64,000 nt of DNA from Anaerotignum sp. (GCF_030625865.1 NZ_DAOUQB010000010.1:966-64965); one strand, 5' to 3'. Counted from the stretch's first letter, positions 19,475 through 31,268 are shown. Numbers and translations are program-made. Notes: generated from the sequence alone by a model not told the origin.

Positions 19475-20145
19475 GATTTAATCACCGCCTTGTACCCCAA
19501 CCCACGCACTGTAACAATTTCCACTTCTTGGCAATCCGAAATTTTATCCCTTAACTTCGTAATGGAGACATCAACTGTCCTTGGATTACTCTCGCTTTCA
19601 AAACCCCAGAACTCATCCATTAACTGCATTCTGGTAAATGTTCTTTTGGGATAAGATAAAAGCTTAAATAAAATCTGGAACTCTCTGACTGTGAGTGGAA
19701 CCTCTTCTCCATGAATGTATGCCGTTGTCTCTAACTCATTTAATAACATAGAACCAGCAGTCAATTTTTTTTCGTTAAAAATATTTGCTCTTCGAAGCAA
19801 TGCTGATATTCTTAATAACAACTCATCCATCTCGATAGGTTTAACCATATAATCATCAATCCCAATATCATATCCTTTTTGCTTTGCAGGCATGTCATCT
19901 CTGGCTGTCATAAACATAATTGGGATCTGCTTGTCCTGCTTTCGGATATTGGCAGCAAATTCAAATCCATCCATTTCCGGCATCATAATATCAGAAATCA
20001 CCATATGTATGGATTCGTTCATTAATTTTTCAAACGCCTCTGAAGTATTTTTGCAACTAATTGCATAATAACCATTTTCGTTTAAAAATGAACATACAAC
20101 GTAATTTAATCTTTGATCGTCTTCTACTACTAAAATATTAATCAT
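19471..20145 (-). CDS. OmpR-family response regulator
   Basis: MINILVVEDD.. receiver domain with a winged-helix C-terminus (..TVRGLGYKAV). 4-nt overlap with the kinase gene. Confidence 0.9.
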   Translation of the reverse strand: MINILVVEDDQRLNYVVCSFLNENGYYAISCKNTSEAFEKLMNESIHMVISDIMMPEMDGFEFAANIRKQDKQIPIMFMTARDDMPAKQKGYDIGIDDYMVKPIEMDELLLRISALLRRANIFNEKKLTAGSMLLNELETTAYIHGEEVPLTVREFQILFKLLSYPKRTFTRMQLMDEFWGFESESNPRTVDVSITKLRDKISDCQEVEIVTVRGLGYKAVIKS

Positions 20146-20218
20146 CCTTCATACCTCCACATACTACTTATTTTATCACATTTGAAAATGAAATAAAATT
20201 AGCTTTATATGTTAGTCT

Positions 20219-20731
20219 CTAATGAAGCTGTTCCGCCTTTTTGCATAAATAATATATCACATCATAATGCCTGTTTATTTCCAGTATGATTCTCTTGTTC
20301 ATTTTACGAATATATTTATGGAATATGAAGTATACAATACCTAATTCTGTACAGCCAAAAATTAAAAAAACAGCACTAAGGAACAAGAAGTTTAAAAAAT
20401 AAGTAATCAAAGCACCAGCAAAAAATAGAATAATGATTATACTAGTAATCCAAGCCATTCGTTTTGATTTTAAACTTTGCAATTTGAGCAATCTCTCAAG
20501 TTCCATAAGTACATCTTCACATTCACGCTGTAACTTACATAATTCAACTCTATTCTTAATTTTTTTACTTCTTTCCAACCTTAGTTTGACAGAAATAAGA
20601 CCTGAATTTGTACTTATCGTCTTCCATCCCAACGCATGATAACAATCGTTACACAATTGGACTAGCTTATGATTTACGATCACATCAATATATTCATTTT
20701 CAATGGTACTGCAATCTCTGTTCTCTCTCAT
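20219..20731 (-). CDS. hypothetical membrane protein (soluble N-domain plus 2 TM helices)
   Basis: Start placed at MRENRD.. after GAGGGGA. Two hydrophobic helices (WITSIIIILFFAGALITYFLNFLFLSAVFLIFGC). I recognise no family with confidence. Confidence 0.55.
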   Translation of the reverse strand: MRENRDCSTIENEYIDVIVNHKLVQLCNDCYHALGWKTISTNSGLISVKLRLERSKKIKNRVELCKLQRECEDVLMELERLLKLQSLKSKRMAWITSIIIILFFAGALITYFLNFLFLSAVFLIFGCTELGIVYFIFHKYIRKMNKRIILEINRHYDVIYYLCKKAEQLH

Positions 20732-20954
20732 TTTTTCCCCTCTATTCCCATAAATAGCATGAAACAATCCAATAATATAAAACCTTTCATTCTATATAAA
20801 CTATTTATTTTTCTTAAGTGGATTAATACCAGATGCCAAAGACCTCCATCACATAAAGTATCTACTCCTGTCAAAAGTGAAATACTTGGACTAGCAAACA
20901 AATTATTGTTTCAATTCCTTAACCAATCCAAGTATCCTTTTACTTAAATATTTC

Positions 20955-23948
20955 TTATATTTTTTCACCTTTAATAATCAGATAAAATGGCGGCATTAAA
21001 AACATTGCTAATAAAGTTGAAGTGCAGAGACCACCAATAATAACATATCCCATACCTTGCATCATTGCCATCCCACTGTTACCCGAAATAACCATAGGTA
21101 GCATAGAAAGCACTGTAGTTAACGTTGTCATAAGGATAGGACGTAGTCTTGTTAATCCCGCCTGCACCAAAGCATCCTCCAAGGGCATTGTTTCCCTCAA
21201 TTGATTCGTAGAATCCACCAACAAAATACCATTATTAACAACCATACCTATCAGCATCAAAAATCCCATCATTGCCATCATACTTAAAGGGGAACCGCTT
21301 AAAAACATAAGCCCAAAAGAGCCTACCAAACTAAACGGAATACAAAGCATAACCATAACCGAAAGACGTACAGATTCGAATTGAACAGCCATAACAAGAA
21401 AAACTAAAAATACAGCTGTCATAATTGCTACGCCCATATTCCCCATTTCTTCCTTGAGGCTTTTGTCTACGGCGCTTTCTGCCTGCCACACTCCGTCAGG
21501 AAATTGAATATCTCCAACTGCCTTATTTATTGCCGAAGCAATTTCATATTTCCCCTCGCTTGCAGTTGTAGCAGTAACAGTAGTAGTGAACTTCTTATCC
21601 TGCCTATTAATGGTATTTAAAATATTTGTATATTCAACATTCGCAACATCACTCAATGCAATATGGCTTCCGTCCCCCGCTGTAATTGTTTTGTCCATAA
21701 GATTTGCTGTATAGTCATATTTCCCTTCAGGATATTTTAATTTAACATCATATTCCTCATCATCCTGTTCAATCGTAGTTGCTGTAACACCATTAAGAAT
21801 ATAATAGATCTGTGAAGCAACCGTTGCAGGTAATAGACCTGCATTCATAGCCTTTTGTTGATCAATCATAATTCTTATATTTGTTTCGTTTTGTGAAAAA
21901 TCATTTTTTATATTAAGAACACCCGGAATCTGAGTCAGGGTATCTTCTACCATAGAAGCACCTTTTTTTAGTATATCTATATCATCTCCGACCAATGTTA
22001 TGGACACATTATTACCAGTACTCATTAACGATGCCAAACCCGAAGTCACACCTGTTGGTGTAACAGCAATATCCATATTGGTTATATCTTTGAACAACTC
22101 CGTATAGTATTCCACTGCTTCTTCACTATCCCGTTTACATTCATCTGAACTATAGGCAGTGATATTGGCTACATTTCCACTGATTTCCAAGTCAACCGAT
22201 TCAAAGTTCTCATCTTTTAACAATTCTTGTTCAATAGATTGTATACTTTCATCCATCACTTCAAGCTTAGTACCCGATCGAAAGGTAGCTTCAACTTGAA
22301 TACTTCCATCAAAATTACTTGGAAACATATCAAAATTAAGCTGTGTAGCAAGCCCCAATGAAAAAACAACCAATAGTACCGCTACCATTACTGTACGCTT
22401 TGGTCTGTGAAGCAACTTAGTAATAATTTTCTTATAGCCCTTCCCTAACCTTGCAAGAATACGATTTATGAATAGGTCCTTCTTTTCAACAGGTTTGACA
22501 AGTGTAAAAAACAAAGGAACTACCGTAACAGCGCTTAAAAGAGATGCCAGCATTGTAAATATTACCGAAAAACATAATGATTGATTCATCTGTCCAGATA
22601 ATCCTGATGTTATACTAATCGGCGCATAAACAACGATTGTTGTTATTGTTGAAGCAAGGATAGACAACAGCATAACTCTTACACCCTGTATTGCTGCTGT
22701 CTTAAAGTCAGATTCCTTTTCTTTCATTCTAAAACAACTTTCAAGCACTACAATAGAGTTGTCAACAATCATACCGATTGCAATAATCATGCCTGTCCCT
22801 GTCATCAAATCAAAAGAAACACCCATAAAACTGAGTAGTGTCATTGCCATCATAATTGATAGCGGCATACTGCTGCCAACAATAAGACTTGCACGTACAT
22901 CACCAAAAAATAAGAATAAAACAAGCATTGTAAAAAGTACGCCTATCAGTAAGGTTTTAAGCACTTCTATGAGTGTATCCACTATATCATCTGCCGTAGA
23001 ATGAATTACTTTAAATTCAATGCCGTCAGTTTTTAGCTCTTTCAGAGTCTCCTTAACTTTATTACAAACAGAAACCGTACCGCTAGAGCTTTTCTTTGAC
23101 ACATCTATAAGCATGCTCTCGCTTCCATTAAAACGACTTATACTATCAGCTTCGGTCTCAGATAAATTCATAAAATCGGCAATATCACTTAAATGAATTA
23201 ATTTTCCTGAACCAGTTTCAATTGCTATTCTCTGCAAATCTGTCTGCCAATCAATGTCGGTATGTGCCGAAACACCTATTTCCTGGCTTCCTATATCCAT
23301 ATTACCTATGGGAAGTTCGAAATCTGCACCTGCTATACAGCTTGCAACACTGGTAATGGATAAATTATACTGCTCCATTTTTTCTTCATTTAATACTATT
23401 TTAAGATATTTTTCCTGTGCACCTGAAACATCTACCTGTGCAACGCCGTTTAAGCTTTCAAGCTTAGGTACGATTGTATCATTTACATAATCCTGTATGT
23501 CATTTCCGCCTGTAGATTCTGCAGCAATGGATATCGTAGCATCAGAGCTCAAACTAAGCTCCATAATCATAGGTGTATTACAGCTATCAGGCAAATCATC
23601 TACAATATTATCCAACGCCTGCTTTAATTCCATATAAGCGTCATCTAAGTCCGTACCATACTCGTATGTAAACTGAATTGTTGCATAATTTTCATAGGAA
23701 CTAGATGTAATACTATTAATGCCTGTAAGTGTTTCTCCAATATCCTCTATGGGCTCAGTTACCAGTTTTTCTATACTGTCTGCGTCAGCACCGGGATAAG
23801 TTACATATACTAATTCCATAGGCATTTCAATATCCGGAAAATACTCCATCTGAATATTGAATAACGAAGAAATACCAAACACAATGATAGCTATAATAAT
23901 TAAAATTGCAGAAACCGGTCGATTTAATACCGTTTTTAAATACTTCAT
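20955..23948 (-). CDS. RND efflux transporter permease (AcrB/AcrD/AcrF family)
   Basis: 997 aa with N-terminus MKYLKTVLNRPVSAILIIIAIIVFG..FPDIEMP.. and the 12-TM/two-large-loop layout typical of HAE-RND pumps. Confidence 0.9.
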   Translation of the reverse strand: MKYLKTVLNRPVSAILIIIAIIVFGISSLFNIQMEYFPDIEMPMELVYVTYPGADADSIEKLVTEPIEDIGETLTGINSITSSSYENYATIQFTYEYGTDLDDAYMELKQALDNIVDDLPDSCNTPMIMELSLSSDATISIAAESTGGNDIQDYVNDTIVPKLESLNGVAQVDVSGAQEKYLKIVLNEEKMEQYNLSITSVASCIAGADFELPIGNMDIGSQEIGVSAHTDIDWQTDLQRIAIETGSGKLIHLSDIADFMNLSETEADSISRFNGSESMLIDVSKKSSSGTVSVCNKVKETLKELKTDGIEFKVIHSTADDIVDTLIEVLKTLLIGVLFTMLVLFLFFGDVRASLIVGSSMPLSIMMAMTLLSFMGVSFDLMTGTGMIIAIGMIVDNSIVVLESCFRMKEKESDFKTAAIQGVRVMLLSILASTITTIVVYAPISITSGLSGQMNQSLCFSVIFTMLASLLSAVTVVPLFFTLVKPVEKKDLFINRILARLGKGYKKIITKLLHRPKRTVMVAVLLVVFSLGLATQLNFDMFPSNFDGSIQVEATFRSGTKLEVMDESIQSIEQELLKDENFESVDLEISGNVANITAYSSDECKRDSEEAVEYYTELFKDITNMDIAVTPTGVTSGLASLMSTGNNVSITLVGDDIDILKKGASMVEDTLTQIPGVLNIKNDFSQNETNIRIMIDQQKAMNAGLLPATVASQIYYILNGVTATTIEQDDEEYDVKLKYPEGKYDYTANLMDKTITAGDGSHIALSDVANVEYTNILNTINRQDKKFTTTVTATTASEGKYEIASAINKAVGDIQFPDGVWQAESAVDKSLKEEMGNMGVAIMTAVFLVFLVMAVQFESVRLSVMVMLCIPFSLVGSFGLMFLSGSPLSMMAMMGFLMLIGMVVNNGILLVDSTNQLRETMPLEDALVQAGLTRLRPILMTTLTTVLSMLPMVISGNSGMAMMQGMGYVIIGGLCTSTLLAMFLMPPFYLIIKGEKI

Positions 23949-23975
23949 TTTTATTCACCTTCTTTTTCTAATCAA

Positions 23976-25250
23976 TTATTCTTCGCCTTGTGTAGAATCA
24001 TTGTCAATATTTTCGTCTATGCCTGCTATTTTAATGACTGCCCCATCCTTTAAACTTGCTGACCAACCTGTAATAATCTCTTGTCCTTCATGCAAACCAC
24101 TTTCAACCACAATAACATCCTTATCGTAAAGGGAAACTGAAATCTCAGTTTTTACCGCCTTACCATCTTCTGCAACAAAAATATAAGCATCACCATTATC
24201 AAAATACACTGCATCACAAGGTACTAAAATTGAATCTTTTGCCGCATAAGAGATTGTTTGCAATTCTACATCAATACCATTTGGCAAGTCCATTGCATTT
24301 TCAATTGTTGCTTTGACTTTAAATAACCCTGTTGACACATCCACAGCAATACCAATCTCACTTATTGAACCAATATAATTTTTACTTCCGTTTGTTACTG
24401 TAACACTCTGTCCATTCTGTAATACCGGCAAAACTGTATCTGTCACATAAAAAGTAACTGTTTTTGTCTGGGAATTTGAAATAATAAACGCATCATTTCC
24501 AGCTGCAAATGAATTGTTGGCTGTTACATTTACTGCTTCCACTGTTCCTGAAATTGGTGATGTAACACTATAAAGGCTAAGTTGATATTCAGCAGAATCA
24601 ATACTGTTTTTTGCTGCCTGAACGCTAGCTTCGGCTGATTCAATTCCAGCTTCGGCTGATTTTATATTGGCTTGTACCGAAATTAAATTGTTATAAGCGT
24701 CATCTACCTCCGATTGTGATGCCGCACCTATGTCAAAGAGAGTTTTCATATCGTTATAATTATCCTCTGCTAAACGCAACTGATCCTCCAAGAGTGTATT
24801 TGTTTTCGTCTTGCTTGAATCTGGATTGGCAGTAGTGTTTCCCTCACCTGATTGACTATACTTTGCTGTTGCACTGCTATACCCAGCTAATGCACTGCTA
24901 TAGCTTGACTGTGCATTTGAGACATTAAACCTGGCACTGGTATCATCAAATTTACAAAGCAGTTCTCCAGAGGTAACCGTATCCCCAACAGAAACATAAA
25001 CATTTTCTACTTTACCCGATACTTGGGGAACTACTACTACTGTTTCTGCATCTGAAATCGTTCCTACATATGTACCACTTAATTCAAGTGTACCTGTTTC
25101 AGCAGCCTGTGTATCTACAGTAACCGTTGTATTCATTGTGGCTGTTGCTTCTTTTGCGCATCCTGTCAGTCCAAGCAACGTTATACAAATGCCTATGCAT
25201 AAAAAAGTCTTAACTCGTTTATTACTAACAATCATCTTTCCATTATTCAT
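23976..25250 (-). CDS. RND/HlyD-family membrane fusion (periplasmic adaptor) lipoprotein
   Basis: Signal peptide with lipobox LTGC, biotinyl-lipoyl-like and coiled-coil (Ala/Ser-rich) segments, and a beta-barrel C-terminus. Start placed at MNNGK after GGAGGAG. Confidence 0.8.
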   Translation of the reverse strand: MNNGKMIVSNKRVKTFLCIGICITLLGLTGCAKEATATMNTTVTVDTQAAETGTLELSGTYVGTISDAETVVVVPQVSGKVENVYVSVGDTVTSGELLCKFDDTSARFNVSNAQSSYSSALAGYSSATAKYSQSGEGNTTANPDSSKTKTNTLLEDQLRLAEDNYNDMKTLFDIGAASQSEVDDAYNNLISVQANIKSAEAGIESAEASVQAAKNSIDSAEYQLSLYSVTSPISGTVEAVNVTANNSFAAGNDAFIISNSQTKTVTFYVTDTVLPVLQNGQSVTVTNGSKNYIGSISEIGIAVDVSTGLFKVKATIENAMDLPNGIDVELQTISYAAKDSILVPCDAVYFDNGDAYIFVAEDGKAVKTEISVSLYDKDVIVVESGLHEGQEIITGWSASLKDGAVIKIAGIDENIDNDSTQGEE

Positions 25251-25309
25251 TGAAAACTCCTCCATCTGTTACACTAAAATACTACCTAACTTAAATTTCA
25301 TTGCATAAA

Positions 25310-26107
25310 TTAATGCTCGGAAGCAATCATTATCCTATTTATCATGTTCATAGCAAAAAATGAGTTTATTCTATATAATACATTCATGGCATTACAATCT
25401 TTCCCTATATAAGAGCGAAGTCTATTCTTTTCCATCGCTTTTATCACTAACTTCGCAGCCACAACAGGAGAGAGTAGCATATTAGATTTACTACTATCAG
25501 CGGATACATTATGCGATACGCTTGAATTTATTTTAATCCCTGTTTCGATACCGCCTGGAATTACAACTGATACCTTGACATTTGATCCTTTAAGCTCAGA
25601 AGACAACCCTTCAGACAAAAGTTTTACTGCGGCCTTTGAAGCTCCATAAACACTTTGTCCTGGTACGGGTAAAAATCCACCCATACTTGAAACATTTACA
25701 ATATGTGCCTCCGGACGTGTCAGTAATTGCGGTAAAAATGCTTTTATCATATAAAGAGTTCCGTAGAAATTAATATCCATTACTTTGTCAATACGATCCA
25801 GCTCTAGTTCATTTATAGGAATAAAGGGCTGAATAATCCCTGCATTATTAATAATCCCATCCACTTTTCCATGTTCTTTAATCACTTTTTTCGCAAATGC
25901 AAAAACCTCTTCTCTGTTTGATATATCTACGACATAGGTAAATAATCGTTTACTGCTCCCCGATAATTTCGCAGTTTCATTCAGTGCTTCTTCACTGATA
26001 TCAACCACAAAAACGGTTGCTCCCTTTTCTAGAAGCTGCAAAGTCAGTTCTCTGCCTACTCCATTCCCTCCACCTGTCACTACAATATGTTTTCCTTGTG
26101 CCTTCAT
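25310..26107 (-). CDS. short-chain dehydrogenase/reductase (SDR)
   Basis: TGGGNGVGRE cofactor motif and the YGASKAA catalytic YxxxK. Confidence 0.85.
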   Translation of the reverse strand: MKAQGKHIVVTGGGNGVGRELTLQLLEKGATVFVVDISEEALNETAKLSGSSKRLFTYVVDISNREEVFAFAKKVIKEHGKVDGIINNAGIIQPFIPINELELDRIDKVMDINFYGTLYMIKAFLPQLLTRPEAHIVNVSSMGGFLPVPGQSVYGASKAAVKLLSEGLSSELKGSNVKVSVVIPGGIETGIKINSSVSHNVSADSSKSNMLLSPVVAAKLVIKAMEKNRLRSYIGKDCNAMNVLYRINSFFAMNMINRIMIASEH

Positions 26108-26310
26108 AAACTTATCTCCTTACCCATAACAATTTTAATCTGCGTCTGTGTTTGCTAAATCTTATTAAATTTAGAATTTATTTGATATTTAAATATTACT
26201 TTGAAAATATTCTAATAAGTTAATGTTTTGTTAATATATTGTTAAACATAAGGCACGAGGGATTTTTTTATTTGAAATATAAGGTCATATTTGAAACATA
26301 ATTTTCTCCT

Positions 26311-26340
26311 AACGAACAAAACCCGCTCAAAAGAGCGGGT
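26311..26340 (-). terminator. intrinsic terminator
   Basis: Minus strand reads ACCCGCTC-tttt-GAGCGGGT followed by TTTGTTCGTT, downstream of the GGDEF/HD-GYP gene. Confidence 0.65.
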
Positions 26341-26452
26341 AATTATAAAATATGGAGTACCTTTCTTTATTTGATGGTGCATGTGCTTCTCATGAAACAT
26401 TCTAAGTCTACCTAGATAACCGCCATCTTGCTTGCAACAAACAATTCTAATT

Positions 26453-29041
26453 TTAAGGTTGTTTTTTCAAAATATCTACAAATACTTTCGTAATGCTTGG
26501 GTCAAATTGCTTTCCTGAGCACCGCATCAACTCATTTATTACTTCTTCTCTTCTCAACGCTCTTCCATAAGCAGTATCTCTTGTCATCATTTCATAGGCA
26601 CCTGCAATTAAAATAATTCTTGAAACAAGGGGGATTTCGTGGCCCCTTAAACCTCTGGGATAACCCGATCCGTCCCAATGCTCATGATGCGCCAAAACAT
26701 ATTCCGACAAATTTGAATAAGTGTCAACAGATTTTAGAATATGATACCCTGTTTCTGCATGCCTTTTGATTATTTCGAATTCCGAAAGGGTCAATTTGCC
26801 TGGTTTATCAAGTAGCATGACATCAATGGCAATTTTCCCGATATCGTGCCAAGTTCCCGCCATCTCAACCTCTTGGAGAAGTTCCTGATCAAGTTTCAAC
26901 GCCTCACCTATTGCTTTACTTATTTTTCTTACATTTTCCGAGTGAATCTTTTCTTTTTGGTTGGTTTCGTGTAATTTTTTAATAATCATCTGCATTGTTT
27001 TCTTTTTCATATTCTGACTTTCCATAAGCTTTTTGCGATACATATGCTCTTCCGCTTTTGCATAGACCTTCATAATATCTTCTTCAAAAGAAGTCTTTGT
27101 CGCCCAACCGATGGAAACTGAAATGATCATATTATTATAAGTTAAATTCGCAATTTCAAGATTAATCCACTCCACAATTCTTTCCGCATCTTTTTTATCG
27201 GTTTTCGGTAACAACAATATGAATTCGTCTCCACCGATACGGCACACCAAGTCATTTTTTCTACATGATGTTTTAAGCGTGTTTGCCACAATTTGTAATA
27301 ACCTATCTCCCATTTGATGTCCAAAGGCATCGTTAGTTAATTTTAATCCATTCACATCAATTAAAGCCAAGGATAAGGGCAGATATCGCTCATTTTCCAA
27401 AATTTTTAATTCTCTATCAAAAAAATGTCTGTTTTTCAAACCTGTTAATTGATCATGGAAGCTTAGATAGGATATCTCAGCCTGTTTTTCCCTTTTTACA
27501 GTACAATCTCGAAAAATAATAACCACCCCAGTGATATTCCCCGAATCATCCAAAATAGGAGCAGCACAATCTTCAATCAAGATTTTTTCTCCGTTTTTCT
27601 TGACTAATATGATATTTTCATCCATTTCTTCTTTGTTGTTATTTTCAAAAACTCTTCTGGATAGGCTCAAAGCATTTTCTTTGTTGTTTTCATCGATGAT
27701 ATGAAATACCAATTCAAAAGGCAATCCATAGGCATCCTGACTCTTCCACCCAGTTAATTTTTCTGCGACATCATTCATTATTTGAATTTTCCCGTTTTGA
27801 TCTGTAGATATTACGCCGTCACCAAGGGAACGAAGGGTTGTCTCAAATCGCAGTCGTTCTTTATTAATGGTTTCTTTTGCATCATATAACTCGCGATTTT
27901 TCTCTTCCAACTTTAAAATATAATTTGAGATTTCATCTATCATATAATAAAAACCCTTTGCTAACGTACCAATTTCATCCTGGCGAACCAAAATTTCTTG
28001 TGGCAATTGAATCGACCTATCATTGGTGTAATTTTCCATGTTTTCACAAATCGTAATTAAAGGAGCGGAAAATAATTTTCTCAAAACATATAGGCCGATC
28101 ATTAATAATGCAATAATCAAAAGCAAAATCAGTAAATTTATCACTAAAAATTCATTAATAGGTGTTAATATATTTGATCTTGAAATTTCATTGTATACAA
28201 TAATGTTTGTATCCTTCACCGGAAAATATGCAAAATACTTTTCCTGCCCCTCTTTCGTATATTGTATTATTCCTTCTTTTCCCGAAAGTACTTTTTTCGC
28301 TAACTCTTCATCGAACACTTGCTGTATGTAGCCATTCCCTATTTCCGTTGAGTCTTTAGAAACTGGGCTATATAGAATAAGACCGGTATCATATAACAAG
28401 CCAACATTTGCATCTATTTCAGAATTAAAACGATCCATAATCTTGTTCATATCTTCAATCAAAATATCCAAGCCAAATGCCCCGTAAACCACATTGTGAT
28501 CCATTAAAGGCGCAGCAATCGTAATTGCTGTTTTATTTGTAATCAAATCCACATAAGGGGCTGTTATGGTTATTTTATTTTGTTTGATGGTATTAACATA
28601 CCATTCTCTCTTCGTCAAATCATAACTTGGTTCCATATCGAAATCATATAAATTTGTAATTAAATCATCAGCATTTCCCAGTGCGATATATGCTTGTGCA
28701 ATGTTTTCATCCAAACTTCGTATATTCGCAAGCTGAGCACTGACTTTAACATAAGCAGGATTTTTTCTTTTTAAGTCACGATTATCAATTTCTTTAGCAA
28801 TATTTATAAACTCCTGATTCTGTTTCGCTTGCTCAACAATAATTGTATATTTTTGCAAAAAGCCTTCAATTTGGGCAGAAAGATTTTCCGATTCACTCCT
28901 TAGTTGTTCCTTTCCTTGTTCTTCCAAATAAGTCTTAATTTGAACATTCAGGAAATTATAATAGAGAAGAAAAATAAATAGTACAAATAAAAAAATTGTA
29001 AATCCTATTTTTTTTACAACACTATTTTTTAAATGAAACAT
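26453..29041 (-). CDS. Cache-sensor / HAMP / PAS / GGDEF / HD-GYP c-di-GMP signalling protein
   Basis: 862 aa with an N-terminal TM, an extracytoplasmic sensor and a second TM. It carries RIGGDEF (diguanylate cyclase) and HDIGK...HHEHWDGSGYPRGL (HD-GYP phosphodiesterase). Confidence 0.85.
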   Translation of the reverse strand: MFHLKNSVVKKIGFTIFLFVLFIFLLYYNFLNVQIKTYLEEQGKEQLRSESENLSAQIEGFLQKYTIIVEQAKQNQEFINIAKEIDNRDLKRKNPAYVKVSAQLANIRSLDENIAQAYIALGNADDLITNLYDFDMEPSYDLTKREWYVNTIKQNKITITAPYVDLITNKTAITIAAPLMDHNVVYGAFGLDILIEDMNKIMDRFNSEIDANVGLLYDTGLILYSPVSKDSTEIGNGYIQQVFDEELAKKVLSGKEGIIQYTKEGQEKYFAYFPVKDTNIIVYNEISRSNILTPINEFLVINLLILLLIIALLMIGLYVLRKLFSAPLITICENMENYTNDRSIQLPQEILVRQDEIGTLAKGFYYMIDEISNYILKLEEKNRELYDAKETINKERLRFETTLRSLGDGVISTDQNGKIQIMNDVAEKLTGWKSQDAYGLPFELVFHIIDENNKENALSLSRRVFENNNKEEMDENIILVKKNGEKILIEDCAAPILDDSGNITGVVIIFRDCTVKREKQAEISYLSFHDQLTGLKNRHFFDRELKILENERYLPLSLALIDVNGLKLTNDAFGHQMGDRLLQIVANTLKTSCRKNDLVCRIGGDEFILLLPKTDKKDAERIVEWINLEIANLTYNNMIISVSIGWATKTSFEEDIMKVYAKAEEHMYRKKLMESQNMKKKTMQMIIKKLHETNQKEKIHSENVRKISKAIGEALKLDQELLQEVEMAGTWHDIGKIAIDVMLLDKPGKLTLSEFEIIKRHAETGYHILKSVDTYSNLSEYVLAHHEHWDGSGYPRGLRGHEIPLVSRIILIAGAYEMMTRDTAYGRALRREEVINELMRCSGKQFDPSITKVFVDILKKQP

Positions 29042-29564
29042 AGTTTCCCCCTTCCTAAATGCAACATAAAAGCTTTCTAAACAAAAGTTATAGAAAATTT
29101 ACATTTGCAAAATTCCTTAAATCGTGAAATAGGTTATATTATGATTATATCAAAAATATGTTGAAAAGGAAGAATTTTTAAAAATATAGAATTTTTTTAC
29201 ATTAATATGTCAAGATGTTAACTTTTCTCGCAGACTAACTTAAGAAACTAACTTTCCAACATGATGAAATGAAAATCGAAGCCAAGAAAAATTAAGTTGA
29301 ATACAAAATTGTATATAAAAAAACATTATTTTGCTATTCCGAATTTTTAAAAAATGTATGAATAAATGGTTACAAATTACCTCTTCCAAAAAATAATTTT
29401 TATATACATTTTGGTATTATTGGTTTATAATGATATTTATGGCAAGTTTCTTGCGCATTACCATCATTAAACATTTTTGTTTTAATGATACCAGCAAACA
29501 GTTATTTCAAACAATTTAAGCAAGGTAACTGAATAAGCACTTGCAATAACAGGAGGTCGCATTA

Positions 29565-31268
29565 ATGAAAAGCATCAAAAGCAAACTGATTTTTACAATC
29601 CTTATTTTAGTGATTTTTTCCTCATCCATTACCGGGTTCATCGGACTATACGAAAGCTTTAAAGACACTGGAAAAATCATGAATACTCTCATTGAAGATA
29701 GACTAACAAGTTCTAACAATATGCTTAATACATATCTTGAGGAACAATTTGGCTCCCTCCGATTAAATTCCACAGGAGATTTAATTGATAGCGAAAATCA
29801 TCTCATTGATGGAAACTTTGCTTATATTGATCAATTTTCAAAAGATATGGGGGTTGTTGCAACTGTATTTGCAAAAAAGGGCAACAGCTTTACAAGAATA
29901 ATAACCACAATTACAGATGAAACTAACCAGAGAGTAATTGGTACAAACTTAGATGAAAACGGGCAAGCTTATCAAGAACTCTCAAATGGTAATACGTTTA
30001 CAGGGGAAGCAGATATTCTGGGTGAAAAATATATGACCAATTACTGCCCCATCTATGATGCAAATAATCAAATAATAGGTGCTTACTTTGTTGGCATACC
30101 TATTGAGACTGTACATAGCATTCTAAATGATGGCTTACTCTCTACAATCAGAATCGTCGTATTATTAACTGCAATTCTTTTACTGGTTGTAGCTGTAATT
30201 ACTTATTTTATTAGTGGGGGAATAGCCAAACCAATTAAGAAGGTTACCACCGCTGCGGAGCAAATTGCAGATGGCCATTTTAATGTTGAACTTTCACTGC
30301 ATTCAAACGATGAAATCGGACACCTGGCAACGGCTTTTCGCCTAACCATTGAACAATTGCAAAATTATCAAGGTTATATTGATGAGACTGCAGAAGCTCT
30401 GCGTGAAATTTCTCAAGGAAACTTAAAAGTAGAGCTACATAGAGAATATTCTGGTCAGTTTAAAAAATTAAAAGACACCTTACATATTTTGCTTTCAGAT
30501 TTGAGCGGAACCTTATCGCAAATCAATCAATCTGCGGAGCAGGTACATTGTGGGGCAGAGCAAGTTGCAAATGGCTCTCAATCCCTTTCACAAGGTGCCA
30601 CAGAACAGGCCAGCTCCATCGAAGAATTATCTGCGTCCATTGCAGACGTTGCCGAACAAATACAGCAAAATGCAGATCATACAACCACAGCACGTGAAAA
30701 AGCCGAATGTGCAGGACAAGAAATGAATATAAGTAATGGAAAAATGGAAGAAATGACAAAAGCCATGGATGAAATTTCTTTGAGATCTTCCGAAATTTCG
30801 AAGATTATCAAAATAATTAATGATATTGCATTCCAAACAAATATCCTTGCCTTAAATGCTGCTGTGGAGGCCGCTCGTGCCGGAGAAGCAGGAAAAGGAT
30901 TTGCTGTCGTTGCAGATGAAGTAAGAAATCTTGCTGGAAAATCGGCAGAAGCAGCAAAAAACACAACGGTTTTAATTGAGCAGACCATCAATGCAGTAAA
31001 CAATGGCACGCAAATCGCAGAAAAAACTGCAGTTTCTTTGGACGTAAGTGCAACAGCAACAAAAGAAGCTATTTCTTTAATTGAACAAATTGCCCAAGCT
31101 TCTCAGGCTCAAGCGACCGCAATTATTCAAATAAACCAGGGCATTGAACAGATCTCATCCGTAATCCAAACAAATGCCGCCACCGCAGAGGAAAGTGCTG
31201 CTGCAAGCGAAGAATTATCCGGTCAATCCAATATGCTTAAAGATCTTATTACCAAATTTAATTTATAA
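29565..31268 (+). CDS. methyl-accepting chemotaxis protein
   Basis: Extracytoplasmic sensor domain between two TMs, a HAMP domain, and the conserved signalling hairpin ..[37 protein letters not shown].. Confidence 0.9.
   Translation: MKSIKSKLIFTILILVIFSSSITGFIGLYESFKDTGKIMNTLIEDRLTSSNNMLNTYLEEQFGSLRLNSTGDLIDSENHLIDGNFAYIDQFSKDMGVVATVFAKKGNSFTRIITTITDETNQRVIGTNLDENGQAYQELSNGNTFTGEADILGEKYMTNYCPIYDANNQIIGAYFVGIPIETVHSILNDGLLSTIRIVVLLTAILLLVVAVITYFISGGIAKPIKKVTTAAEQIADGHFNVELSLHSNDEIGHLATAFRLTIEQLQNYQGYIDETAEALREISQGNLKVELHREYSGQFKKLKDTLHILLSDLSGTLSQINQSAEQVHCGAEQVANGSQSLSQGATEQASSIEELSASIADVAEQIQQNADHTTTAREKAECAGQEMNISNGKMEEMTKAMDEISLRSSEISKIIKIINDIAFQTNILALNAAVEAARAGEAGKGFAVVADEVRNLAGKSAEAAKNTTVLIEQTINAVNNGTQIAEKTAVSLDVSATATKEAISLIEQIAQASQAQATAIIQINQGIEQISSVIQTNAATAEESAAASEELSGQSNMLKDLITKFNL

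Noticed and set aside
15344-26450. tRNA-Lys as the integration site of a genomic island covering the CLC-F to RND genes.
   Set aside because: I found no direct repeat of the tRNA 3' end downstream and no integrase gene. Only a ParA relic supports foreign origin.
29042-29564. Long AT-rich intergenic region as a possible c-di-GMP riboswitch or sRNA locus.
   Set aside because: No GEMM-like GC-rich conserved cores or terminator-flanked units are visible. It more likely holds just divergent promoters.
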